From: Alphaproteobacteria bacterium | Lineage (GTDB): Bacteria; Pseudomonadota; Alphaproteobacteria; MPNO01; UBA830 | Direction: 5' to 3' | DNA: 64,000 nt | Assembly: GCA_965243135.1 (NCBI GenBank) | Contig: OZ251539.1 | Span: 2,912,001-2,976,000 of the forward strand | Shown here: positions 49,586 to 58,952 of the stretch, in pieces | Numbering within the stretch: the stretch's first letter is position 1 | Layout: each line of letters starts with the position of its first letter | The notes under the pieces: generated by a model | Seen by the model: the letters and a program-made list of their open reading frames with translations, nothing else | The model's database searches: none | What the model was told of the DNA's origin: nothing | Made by a program: the position numbers and the translations under genes

Positions 49586-49999
49586 AGGCGCGTCGTCCTC
49601 CTCGATCCTTTCGGGGTGGCGGCGCAGCACGCGGAGCAGTTCGGCGGCGCGGTCCATTTGCCGGACGCGGAGTCCGCCCGCTACAACCCCTTCGACTTGA
49701 TCCGCGACGACGAGGCCCGCGCCGTCCGCGACGTAAACGTGCTGCTCGACGCGCTGCTGACGCCGCCGGGCGGCAACGCCCACGCGAACTCGCGGCATTT
49801 CCGCGAGAGCGCCCGCTCGCTGATCGCCGGATACATGGCCTGGATCCGCTTCCGCGAGCCGCCGCGGAAGCGGAATCTCGCGTTCCTCCACGAACAGCTC
49901 TCGAAAGACGCGAAGGAACTGGAGCTGTTCGCCCGCTGCGTGACGGCGACCGACCGCTTCTGCGGTGGCGCGCCATGTCTTTGCGATGGCGCCTGAAAC
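49586..49999 (+). repeat. Diverged direct copy of part of virD4
   Basis: 49586-49963 aligns ungapped to 20546-20923 (17 mismatches in 378 bp by hand count); GGCGCCTGAAAC at 49988 equals the virD4 stop region 21740-21751. Confidence 0.92.
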
Positions 50000-50166
50000 G
50001 GCCTGCGAGGAATACAACCGGTTTCGGTCGGCGCTCGCAGGGCTCCCCGACAATCCTGAAGCAAGTTTCTTTTCCGCTGGCCTTTCAAGCTTGAAATGCG
50101 ACAGTTGGCGCGTGGCATGGCGGCGACCGCTTTCGCGCCGTCGCTGTAGGCGGTTCCTGCCGTCCG

Positions 50167-51351
50167 TTATGCGACGCCCGGCCAATCGAGTTTGTCCAAC
50201 TCGTGCTGCGGCAACTTTCCGTGGACTTCGAATGCCTCCTGCAGCTGATCCTCAAGCCAGTCAAATCCGCGGTCGGACAACTGCACGGCAGGTTGCTGCA
50301 TATATGCCCGTCGCGGATTCGTGTTGCCGTCGCCGCGAGCCGCATTGCGCTGCGTCGAGGCGAACGAATCGGAATCGAGGTCGTTCATCAATTGGTACAG
50401 GGAGACGCAGTTCTCCAGAGTGCCCGCGAGGAATTCAGCGTGATGAACGCGAATATACGCAGGAAAGTCCTTCTTTCGTTTGCGCTTGCGGATTTCTTCC
50501 GGCGTTGCGGTGTCCCGGTCGTCATCGTGCGCCATCGCAATGGCTCGTCCGTAGATTCGTATGTCGTTTTCGGAACCTTTCGTCAACGCGCCGATGAAAA
50601 CGACATCTCCGTCTTTGACGTTCCGCGGCCGCTTGTTTTTCGGATAGCAGACGGCCCAATGGGTTCCCGAATTTTCAAGCAGATCGAAAACCGGGACGGT
50701 CAGCGGGAGCCGGAAACTGTTCGTGCCCACGAACTTCACGAAAGCTCGGGCGGGATTCGCCTGGCCGCTGGGCGGAAATACCGATCCCGCTTGGCCACGG
50801 CTCAGCGATATCCCATGGTCTGGGAGGTCGTTTCCCGAGCCGGGTCGTCCACGGGCCATGCGATGGCGCGCGACTTTCTCGCTCCAATCATCGATTTTCT
50901 TGATTGTGAGATCGCAGCCTCCGGCTTGCGCGACATCGCTCCACAACTTCTCGAAATACGCCCCGCTCGCGGCGACGATGCCGGGATCCTCCGTGATCAG
51001 GCCGAACTCGCGATTGCGCGTGAGTGCGGCTTCGGTCAGGTTCGCGGAGGTGACAATGCCTTTGTTCCCGCCGAACAGGTAAAGCTTGGCATGCAGGTTC
51101 CGTACTCCCCTTACGGCGGCGCCTCGCTTAAGAAGTTCGCGCAAGGCATCAAGGTCGCTGACTCCTTCGAAAAAATCGGAGAGACTGAAGCGGGTGACGA
51201 CCCGAATCGATTTCTGGTTGGATGGAAAGAGACGCTTGACGGTCGATAACTTGATGAATGGGCAAACGATGCGGATTTCCCCGCGATTTCGTTTGAAGGC
51301 GGTGCGCAATTCGCGCTCCCATCCTTTGTCCACCAGACGGTTCGTGTTCAT
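50167..51351 (-). CDS. Phospholipase D-family nuclease with probable PUA/EVE-like C-terminal domain
   Basis: 'IVCPFI', 'LHAKLYLF', 'TSANLT', 'NREFG'; C-half 'RPRNVKDGDVVFIG...RIYGRAIA'. Confidence 0.78.
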   Translation of the reverse strand: MNTNRLVDKGWERELRTAFKRNRGEIRIVCPFIKLSTVKRLFPSNQKSIRVVTRFSLSDFFEGVSDLDALRELLKRGAAVRGVRNLHAKLYLFGGNKGIVTSANLTEAALTRNREFGLITEDPGIVAASGAYFEKLWSDVAQAGGCDLTIKKIDDWSEKVARHRMARGRPGSGNDLPDHGISLSRGQAGSVFPPSGQANPARAFVKFVGTNSFRLPLTVPVFDLLENSGTHWAVCYPKNKRPRNVKDGDVVFIGALTKGSENDIRIYGRAIAMAHDDDRDTATPEEIRKRKRKKDFPAYIRVHHAEFLAGTLENCVSLYQLMNDLDSDSFASTQRNAARGDGNTNPRRAYMQQPAVQLSDRGFDWLEDQLQEAFEVHGKLPQHELDKLDWPGVA

Positions 51352-51671
51352 TTCATCGCTCCATGAACGGATTTTCTGCGTATCGGTGCGGCGCAAGCGC
51401 ATTCGCGAATACCGGCACAGCCACACCTCGTCGGCACGGCCTCGGAGATCGACAGCCGGTCCAGTACGCGGCTAACCTCTCTGCGCACGCTCTCCCGGTC
51501 GCTCGGCATTCCGGCCGCCGCCTCTGCGGCCGCTTCGAAATGCGGCGCTACCCGGCCGACCCGCTCGGCGTCGCGTTCCCGGGCCGCATGACGTTCGGTC
51601 AGGACCGCACCGAATTGTTCCACGGATACCGTCCGGGCGATCCACCGGACTTTTCCTTTGGAGATTTCCAT
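51348..51671 (-). CDS. Small hypothetical protein
   Basis: Stop overlaps PLD start (ATGA); no motifs; start uncertain. Confidence 0.3.
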   Translation of the reverse strand: MEISKGKVRWIARTVSVEQFGAVLTERHAARERDAERVGRVAPHFEAAAEAAAGMPSDRESVRREVSRVLDRLSISEAVPTRCGCAGIRECACAAPIRRKSVHGAMK

Positions 51672-52083
51672 GTGCGTGCCTGGGTTGCGGAGACTGTTCA
51701 TCAACTCCGATTTCGGAACGCCTTCGGGTTCTCCGCCGCGACCCAGGCTTTCCGTCGACGAGCGGCCTGAGCCTCTTGCTGCCCCTCGCCGCTGCCGTGC
51801 CGCTTGCGCTCGACAGCGATAACTCGCTTGTTCCCTCGGCGTCATGGCGTTTGCCTCCTGCGCGCTCTCCGCCTCGGTGTCGCATGCCTCGCGCAGCTGT
51901 TCGGAAAGCCTCACGTTCGCGCTGCATTCGGGAGTCTTGGTCATGCCTTGCCGTCCGCACGGTGCCATGCGCGTGGAGCGTCCAACCCGGTTCGCTTGGG
52001 AGCCGACAGGGAATGGCCGTGCGGTAGGCGCCCCCTGCCGCATTCCCGGCGATACGCTCAGCCCGCCGCCCGCGTCGGCGCGG

Positions 52084-55000
52084 CTAGGAATCCGAAAGAT
52101 CGAGGCCGAACGCCGTGATTCGGACATCGTTTCGCTCTTCTATGGCCTTCGCCTCCTGCTTAAGGAAATCGACCAAACTCGGGAAATCCATTCGCGTCCT
52201 GTCCCGTTGCCAACGTTTCTTGCAGCCGCGGTAAGTGATCAGCAGGCAGCCCGCCCTGCAATGCCGCATGTACTTTCCCAGAAGTTGATCATGAAGCGCT
52301 TTCTTGAGATCGGACGCCGACCATTTGTCGGCGATTTTCAACTCGATCACCGCCTTGTGGTCTCTGGATAAAAGCCGGATGTCGGTACGCATTCCGTCGA
52401 CGACCTCTTCCTCCCGAGTGATTTGGTACATGCCCTTTGACATGAGATCCAAACGCATAGCGATAGTGCGCTGCATTCCGGTTTCGTCATTTATGCCGCG
52501 TAAGTAGTCCCGGTCGGAAAAATCGCCATGCTGAAGTTCGCGGTCGATTTTCTCCAACCGTTCGAGCATGACCGAAAACAGGCCGTTCCTGTCGCTGGGC
52601 GGCGCTTCGAGGCTCTCGACCAGTTCCACCACGTCCTCGGGGGCGAACGGGGGGAACTGGGCGTCGAAGGCGGATGCCTCAAGATTCGATGACAGAAGAC
52701 GTTCCCGGATGCCGGCAAAGTCGCTCTCCTGCGCGAGTCCGCGGACGGCCTGCCGGGCTTTCGGTCCCCGCGTGCTCAGCAGCCTGCTGAGCATGCCGTC
52801 CCGTGCAAGTTGGGCATCGTCCCGGGCAGTTGGAACGTAGCCCCCCGTGTGGACCAAATCTTCTGCAGGGCGAATATGCCGGTAGGCGCACCGGACAAGC
52901 TGTTCGAACACTTCGGTGCTCCCGCCGTCGAGACGCAAACCATCAGGGCTGCGGAAGAGCGCAGCGAACGCCTCGGTCGCCTTGCGGTCGGCATCGGTCG
53001 CCTTGGAAAGCCGGTCCGTCAGCGCCTGCGTTCCCTGCGGCGCATCGGATTCGAACAACCCTCTGAGCCAGACGAGCGCGAGCATGCTTTCCGGATTGTC
53101 GCGGTATCGTTCTGCGCATAATTCGGAAATCCGGCGTCGATCCGCTTCGCCGTCAAGCAGGACTCGCAGGACTTCTTTCAAATGAAACGCCCAAAGCGGA
53201 TTGGCAGGATCCGCGACATCTTCCGGCCATTTTTCCAGCCAGCCCAGCAAGCGAGGAGCCAATAGCCGCTTCAGGCCGTTGTCCGAGTACGCCAGATCCC
53301 GCAAGAGACGGGGGTGGTCTTGCTGGTGACCGAAGCGAAGCTGATCGAGCGCTTCGCCGCCTATCGCCTCTTCGATCGCCTTCGGACGAGACTTGGCGAG
53401 ATCGAGGATGAATGGAGCCAGGCCGTCCAACTCGACGGTCGAATAAATTGCAGCTTTCCTCGCTTCTTCGTCCGAGAGCGCTTCTGCCCACCCGGATCCA
53501 GCGGCTTCGGCCGAGATGCCGTTGAGGCCGAGAATCCATGATTGGGGAACGTCCTTCGCGCCGGGCGGCCGTTCGGACCAGAATTTCGGCTGCACGGTTC
53601 GCCAGTATGCGCAAAAGGCTTTTTCGGCGCGGTCGGCGAATTCCGGGCTGAACGCTTCGACCAACGCGCCTTTGTTCCAGACATTCCACCGACTTCGCCG
53701 AGGTTCGCGATCCTCGAGCCATTCGAAGATCCGGATGAGCGTATCCGGCCCTTTCTCCTCGGAAAAAGCGGCCTCGGGATTGTCCACCACCTGGCCGCGC
53801 CATCGCCTCCTGGCCTCCCGCTCCTCCTTCGCCTCCCGAGCTTGTTCCCTCTGCATACGTTCTACTTCACGATCCTCCTCGCTCGGTTCCGGCGGGTTCG
53901 CGGCGGCTTTCAGAACGGAGCGCAGCGCCGGGTCGTCTTTCGACGCATCGCGCATTTTCCGAAGCATTGTCTCGCTCCGCCCGCTCCCGAGGTCGATCAA
54001 GGCGTGCAGCGCGACAGGTCGGCGGGCTGGCTGTTTTTTGCCCGCAAGGGCCGCCAACAGCCAGGGACGATCCTCATCGGTCAGCGGCCCCGTGAGACCG
54101 TCCTGTGTAGCCCGATATACGCGAATCCAAGCGGCGGAGACCTGCTGAACCTTGTCCACGAACTCCAGTTCCGCCCAAAACGCCTCCCGTCGCAGCGAAC
54201 GGCGGAACCGGTCCCGGAGCGCAATGACTTCGTCTTTCCGGGCTCTCTTGGCGAACCGGGAGGCAATCGCGCAGGCGCGAATCAAGTCATGCGACGATCG
54301 ACCTGCGGCGATCTGCCGCTCGCACAGCGCAGCCAGGGAATTCGCGAAGTGTTCGAACTCGCTGCGAAAGCGCCATGGATCCTTGTCAGACCTGCGTCCC
54401 CGCAGGATCAATTCGACCATGCCGTCGCGCAGGGAGCATGCCGCGTCTGAAAGCGGGTCGATTTTCTTGAACCTCTCGCGCAGGTTCCAGGCGAATTCCC
54501 GCCCCGCGCCTTCCGGGTCGCGAGTACGCTCCATCAGCGCGATCAGAGACCCGGCTTCGATGAATTCCGGGAACAGTTCCGCTGCGACCTCGCTGACGAT
54601 TTCGTCCGGCCAGGAGCCGGGCTGGTCCAGCATCTTGCGCACGAGTTCGCGTATGTCCCTGCAGCGCTCGCATGCGGCGAGAGCAAGGACCGCGGTAACG
54701 CGATGGCGAGGCGAAAACGATTCGTCGCGAGCCGCCGACAACACCAGATCGGCGCATTCCTCGACGGGTCCCAGCCAGATCAGCTTCGTCAACAGGTTGC
54801 GCGCATCCTCGCTCGGAGGCCCGCTTCCCCAGGCGGCGCGTATCGCTTCAGCAAGCTGCGGATGCGCGAACCGGCGCACCTCGTTCATGTTCAACCCGCG
54901 CCATCCTCCACAGTTGTACTTTTCGACGAATGCCTTGACGATCTTGCGTCGGTCCTCCAATTCGAGCGATCCCGGGTCGCCGTGCGAGAGCAAGACCTCG

Positions 55001-56349
55001 GGCGCCCGTCCGATCAATTCTTTGCGGACCTCGGCATCATCCAGGGCAAGCCATGCTGCGATCGGGCGCGTGGAGGGGAGCACCAACTCGTCGCCGCCCT
55101 TTTCCGCAAACAGCAGGCGGAACAGGGCACGCCTGGACATGCCTCGCTCGCGCAGCGAACGCAGAAGCCGGGCCGACAAAAATTCCTCGACCGAACGGTG
55201 ATGGAAGCGGACGCGCCCGTAGGTGGCGGGATCGAACAGGCCGCGGCGGAGCAGCGCCTGCCGTTTGCTGTCCGACCATGACGGAAGCACTCCGGCTGGA
55301 TCGAGCGCTCCGTCGCCCGGACCGGTGCCCGGTTCCGGTGAACGAATGGTTCGCGTCCGGGTCAACGCGAGTCCGAGAGCAAGCCGTTCCGCTCCTCTGC
55401 AGGCTTCCGCGGGAGTGAGTTCGCGGCGATCGTCGCGGAAGGGATCCTCTTCCGTCAATTTCGCTTTGACGTTCGCCTCATGCTGTTCTTTCAGGGTGCC
55501 AAGTCGCCCGGCGCACTTCCAGTCTGCGATCAACATCTGCAGATCCAGGGGCCGCCGAGCGAAAGCCCACGCCCCTTGCCGTGCGATCTCCTCAAGAAAC
55601 GCGGTCGGCTCTTCGACACCGTGTTTACCAGCGAAGAGTTCGATCCTGGCGTCGTTCAGCCGACGCATGACCACCGTTCGGAACGGATCTTCCTCGGGCG
55701 AAAGCGTGTTCTGACCCTCCGAACCGAAGTGCGCTTCGTTATCCGGGACGTCCAAACCGAGGTGATCGGATGCTTCTTCATTCAGGACATCCATGAATAC
55801 TTCTTCGGACGACCGCGAGGGATTCCCGCTTTCCCTCGTCGGCACCCGCAGACGAGTCCGAAAAGCGTCCGCATCGACTTCCGGACGCCAGTCGCTGGGT
55901 CGGCAGGAAACAACGATGCGGGCGCGGGCAAGATGGTCTGCGATGTCCTTGGACAGGTTCAGAAGCACCTCATCGAGTTTGCGTTCGGTAAGCTTCAGTT
56001 CGTCCACCGCGTCGAGGAAGAACCAGGCCGTCCCGGAACCGCTCGATTTCCATTCCGCGTATCTCTTTTCCTCGTCCGGCGACAGGCATTCGGCGAGCGA
56101 TCCGCGACCGAGGCGTTCAAGCGGCAGGAAGAACGCGAACTTGTCCTCCGCGGAAAGTCGCCGCGCTTGCTCGCACATCTCGGTCGTCTTTCCCGAGCCG
56201 GCTTCCGCCAACAGAACGACCCGGCGGCATTCCAGCAATTCCGCCCAGCCGAATTCGTCGCCGAACCAAGTGTCGTGCAGCGCCAAATCCGCGTCTTCGG
56301 GGTCCTCGTTCGTCAGGTTGCGAAATCGGCGGTCGAGATCAACATACAT
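52084..56349 (-). CDS. STAND/NACHT-like NTPase with helical region and C-terminal PD-(D/E)xK nuclease (Avs2-like)
   Basis: 1421 aa from ATG with RBS AGGAAG; Walker A AEAGSGKT, Walker B FFLDAVDE, VSCR, RPLDL, 'RFHHRSVEEFL'; C-terminal 'REEE..RTDIRL..IELK..QL..KY'. Confidence 0.78.
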   Translation of the reverse strand: MYVDLDRRFRNLTNEDPEDADLALHDTWFGDEFGWAELLECRRVVLLAEAGSGKTTEMCEQARRLSAEDKFAFFLPLERLGRGSLAECLSPDEEKRYAEWKSSGSGTAWFFLDAVDELKLTERKLDEVLLNLSKDIADHLARARIVVSCRPSDWRPEVDADAFRTRLRVPTRESGNPSRSSEEVFMDVLNEEASDHLGLDVPDNEAHFGSEGQNTLSPEEDPFRTVVMRRLNDARIELFAGKHGVEEPTAFLEEIARQGAWAFARRPLDLQMLIADWKCAGRLGTLKEQHEANVKAKLTEEDPFRDDRRELTPAEACRGAERLALGLALTRTRTIRSPEPGTGPGDGALDPAGVLPSWSDSKRQALLRRGLFDPATYGRVRFHHRSVEEFLSARLLRSLRERGMSRRALFRLLFAEKGGDELVLPSTRPIAAWLALDDAEVRKELIGRAPEVLLSHGDPGSLELEDRRKIVKAFVEKYNCGGWRGLNMNEVRRFAHPQLAEAIRAAWGSGPPSEDARNLLTKLIWLGPVEECADLVLSAARDESFSPRHRVTAVLALAACERCRDIRELVRKMLDQPGSWPDEIVSEVAAELFPEFIEAGSLIALMERTRDPEGAGREFAWNLRERFKKIDPLSDAACSLRDGMVELILRGRRSDKDPWRFRSEFEHFANSLAALCERQIAAGRSSHDLIRACAIASRFAKRARKDEVIALRDRFRRSLRREAFWAELEFVDKVQQVSAAWIRVYRATQDGLTGPLTDEDRPWLLAALAGKKQPARRPVALHALIDLGSGRSETMLRKMRDASKDDPALRSVLKAAANPPEPSEEDREVERMQREQAREAKEEREARRRWRGQVVDNPEAAFSEEKGPDTLIRIFEWLEDREPRRSRWNVWNKGALVEAFSPEFADRAEKAFCAYWRTVQPKFWSERPPGAKDVPQSWILGLNGISAEAAGSGWAEALSDEEARKAAIYSTVELDGLAPFILDLAKSRPKAIEEAIGGEALDQLRFGHQQDHPRLLRDLAYSDNGLKRLLAPRLLGWLEKWPEDVADPANPLWAFHLKEVLRVLLDGEADRRRISELCAERYRDNPESMLALVWLRGLFESDAPQGTQALTDRLSKATDADRKATEAFAALFRSPDGLRLDGGSTEVFEQLVRCAYRHIRPAEDLVHTGGYVPTARDDAQLARDGMLSRLLSTRGPKARQAVRGLAQESDFAGIRERLLSSNLEASAFDAQFPPFAPEDVVELVESLEAPPSDRNGLFSVMLERLEKIDRELQHGDFSDRDYLRGINDETGMQRTIAMRLDLMSKGMYQITREEEVVDGMRTDIRLLSRDHKAVIELKIADKWSASDLKKALHDQLLGKYMRHCRAGCLLITYRGCKKRWQRDRTRMDFPSLVDFLKQEAKAIEERNDVRITAFGLDLSDS

Positions 56350-56792
56350 TGTCCAGTCTTCCTTGCGGCCCCCGCATGCTCCCTCGAGAATTCCGACGTC
56401 GCGCAAGGCGGTGACCTCTTCCGCCCAGGCTTTTGCATGGCTTCGCTGAAACCTCTCGGGTATCGGCTCGGCATCCTTTGAATCTCTGCCGCGAGGCCGG
56501 CCGCCCGCTGCACGGCTCGGCAAGCCGTCAACCTGCCAGCCATGTCGCCATGCGTTTGCCGCTTCGTCGGCATAACCGCGCTCTTCACCCAAGGCGTTCG
56601 CCGAAAAAATGCACGGCGCACTCCGCGCATAATCGAGCGCCCGCCGGGTCGCCGCTTCACCGGGAAACATACCGACAACAGCATTATAGCGAGCGACATG
56701 AAACTGAACCACGCCCTTGCGATGGCCACCGCCAATTGGGATATCCCTTTTTCCGGGGGCAAATTCTGGTCCGTGTACGCCACCCGCCAAAA

Positions 56793-57232
56793 GCGCCTGA
56801 CCGTTCCGCCGCGCCGCAACGCTCCACCGGAGGCCGTCCCGAACCTTCTGGAGAGAGTCGCGGCGCAAGGCGCCGAGAACGAGATCAACCTCGCCGGATT
56901 TTTCGAGACGCTCGCCGACCGACCGTGAAAAAACTCGCCGCCGCCAACCCGGAGGCAGCCACGCCGTGCGACGCCGGCAAGCAGACCGTCTGCAAGATCG
57001 TCGTCTCGTAACGGCTGCGTCAGTCCGCGTCTCTCCCCGGCGTCCTTCTCCGGCTGCAGCCGCGCTTACTCGTCCGGCCAAGCGTCGCGCCGGCGACGCG
57101 CCATGCCGTCGGCGCTGCGGAAGATGCGTTTTCCCATTTCGGGCAGGCGCGCGCCCGGCCTACCGGACCACGAGGCCAATCCCGTCCTTCCCGGCGTCGG
57201 CGACGATACCCTCGATAACAGCCTTGATCGTT
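56793..57232 (+). repeat. Degenerate copy of the 61.2-62.1 kb backbone junction
   Basis: 56793-~56964 matches 61227-~61405 (RLT.PPRRNAPPEAVPNLLE); ~56973-57232 plus 58873-58886 matches 61801-62097; ~400 bp internal deletion. Confidence 0.85.
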
Positions 57233-58872
57233 GGGTGTACGTCAGATTTGTTGGATCATGCGGCGCGACGCTCCCAGAAGTCCTCGAAGCGCCCGCTGAG
57301 CATGCAGCACCGGAGTGCGGCGTCCGCGCCCCGAACGGTCCACCGCCCCCGTTTCAGCCGGTTGCCGACCGTTCTCTTGCAACCGGCCTCGACGACGCCG
57401 GAGGCAAACCCTGCGCACGGAATTTTGCGTACTGCATGCGCGCGCGGTTCCGTTCCAGGTAGCCTGCGGCGCCGTGCTTGCGGAGAGCCGCGATGACCTT
57501 GTCGACCTGACCGTCTTCAAGGGCGTCGCACTGCTTTTTCGCCCACGCCTCCGCAAGATCTCCGTCACCGTAGATCTCTTTCGCCCTGCTCCACAGGTGC
57601 TGTTTCGCATGGAACAGGTCGATGGGTGGCGTCTGGGAACAGTTCGTCGGCGATGTTCCCAGAGCGCTCCCCAGAACCACGCGTCGCTCGGCGTCGTGGA
57701 AGCCGCGACGGCGCGCTTCGCGCTCGACCCGTTGAGCGAAAGGCGACAGTTCCTTGTCGGTGGTCGCGGCGATGCCGACGGAGCCGAACCCTGTTCGGGT
57801 GTCCCTTCGCTTTGTTTTTCGGCCGTCCACACGGTGACGAGTTTGGCCTCGCGGGTCTTGGAAGAGCCGTCCGGCTGCTTGCCTGGCCGACCTTCCCGCT
57901 CCGAAGGGCGGGCCGGCACCCCGGTCCCGTCCATGCCGACATACATGGTCGGCCCGGACGGCGGTTCGACCTCGACCCTCTGGCGTTCATCCTCTTCGGT
58001 GCCGAGAGCCTCGGCGATACGTTCGACCATCTTGGGGGCGACCTTCAGCCCCGCCAACTCCTTCATCATGCTACTGGTCATTGCGAAGCTGCGAAGCTGC
58101 GAACCCGACCATGCGCGTGGCAGCGGGGGAGGTTTTTTCCATCGCCCGGTCCCGTGGGCAGATCCCGGTGTTGCAGGCGTTGCAGCGGTAGTAAGCCCGG
58201 TCGAACTTCGCCCAACGCCGTTGTGAAGGTTTTTGGGCGCCGGCCCGTGGGCTTCTCCTCCACATGACGCGCATGCGATTGAAGGCCCGACGTGGTCGGA
58301 ACGGTTGAACCGCTTGGCGACGGCACGGGCGCCGATCTCCGCTCGCTTCGCCGCGGTTTCGACGGCCTCCATGTCGTCCGTCACACCGTCCCCGACCAGA
58401 CGGTTTATCTCGGACGACGCTTCTGCCGCGACGACGGCCTCGAAGGCTTTTTTTTTTACTTCGTCGCCGCGAGAACGGTCCAATCGGGCGTCACATATCT
58501 CGTCGCTTACCAATTGCTGGACCAGTTCGCGAAGCCGCTTGTACTCCTCGATCTGCACGCGACTTCCGCAGCGGCGGGGATGGATCTGCATCGCGTCTTG
58601 CCCTTCACCTTTCGGGTCAGTTGAAGGTACGGCCCATGCCCCGGTCCCTTTGCGCAATGGCAACCGGGTTTGCTTGCGGTATTGGGCGGTGAGGGATCCT
58701 TGGCGAAGATCTCCGATTTCGGACAACTGACGGAGAACGTCGGCGCGATGTTGCAGAAGGGTTTCCAAGTCTTGGGACGTGGACATGGCGCATCCTGTAT
58801 GTGATTAGTACATACAGGAAATCTAGGCCCTCCTTGGCGTCAATGCAAATCTCAAGAAATTGACGTACACCC
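57233..58872 (-). mobile_element. ISKra4-family element, decayed transposase
   Basis: IRs GGGTGTACGTCA / TGACGTACACCC; 9-bp target duplication TTGATCGTT; small upstream ORF (LRQGSL), A-run frameshift site, 'RAYYRCNAC', 'YVGMDGTGVP', 'TREAKL', 'DLFHAKQHL'. Confidence 0.92.
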
Positions 58873-58952
58873 TTGATCGTTCGTTCATTTGCGATAGCGA
58901 CAGCTATAAGGTAGTTTGCAAGTGATGGCGTTTTCTCATCATCGGTAATGTA

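Noticed and set aside
50167-51351. Calling the PLD gene drmC
   Set aside because: About 8 kb from the operon, beyond the virD4 relic, and has an extra C-terminal domain
51672-52083. Overlapping ORFs between the STAND and PLD genes
   Set aside because: No motifs, convincing RBS or consistent frame
56350-57081. 244-aa N-terminal extension of the STAND protein in the ORF track
   Set aside because: Partly antisense to the backbone relic and low complexity; a good RBS and ATG exist at 56349
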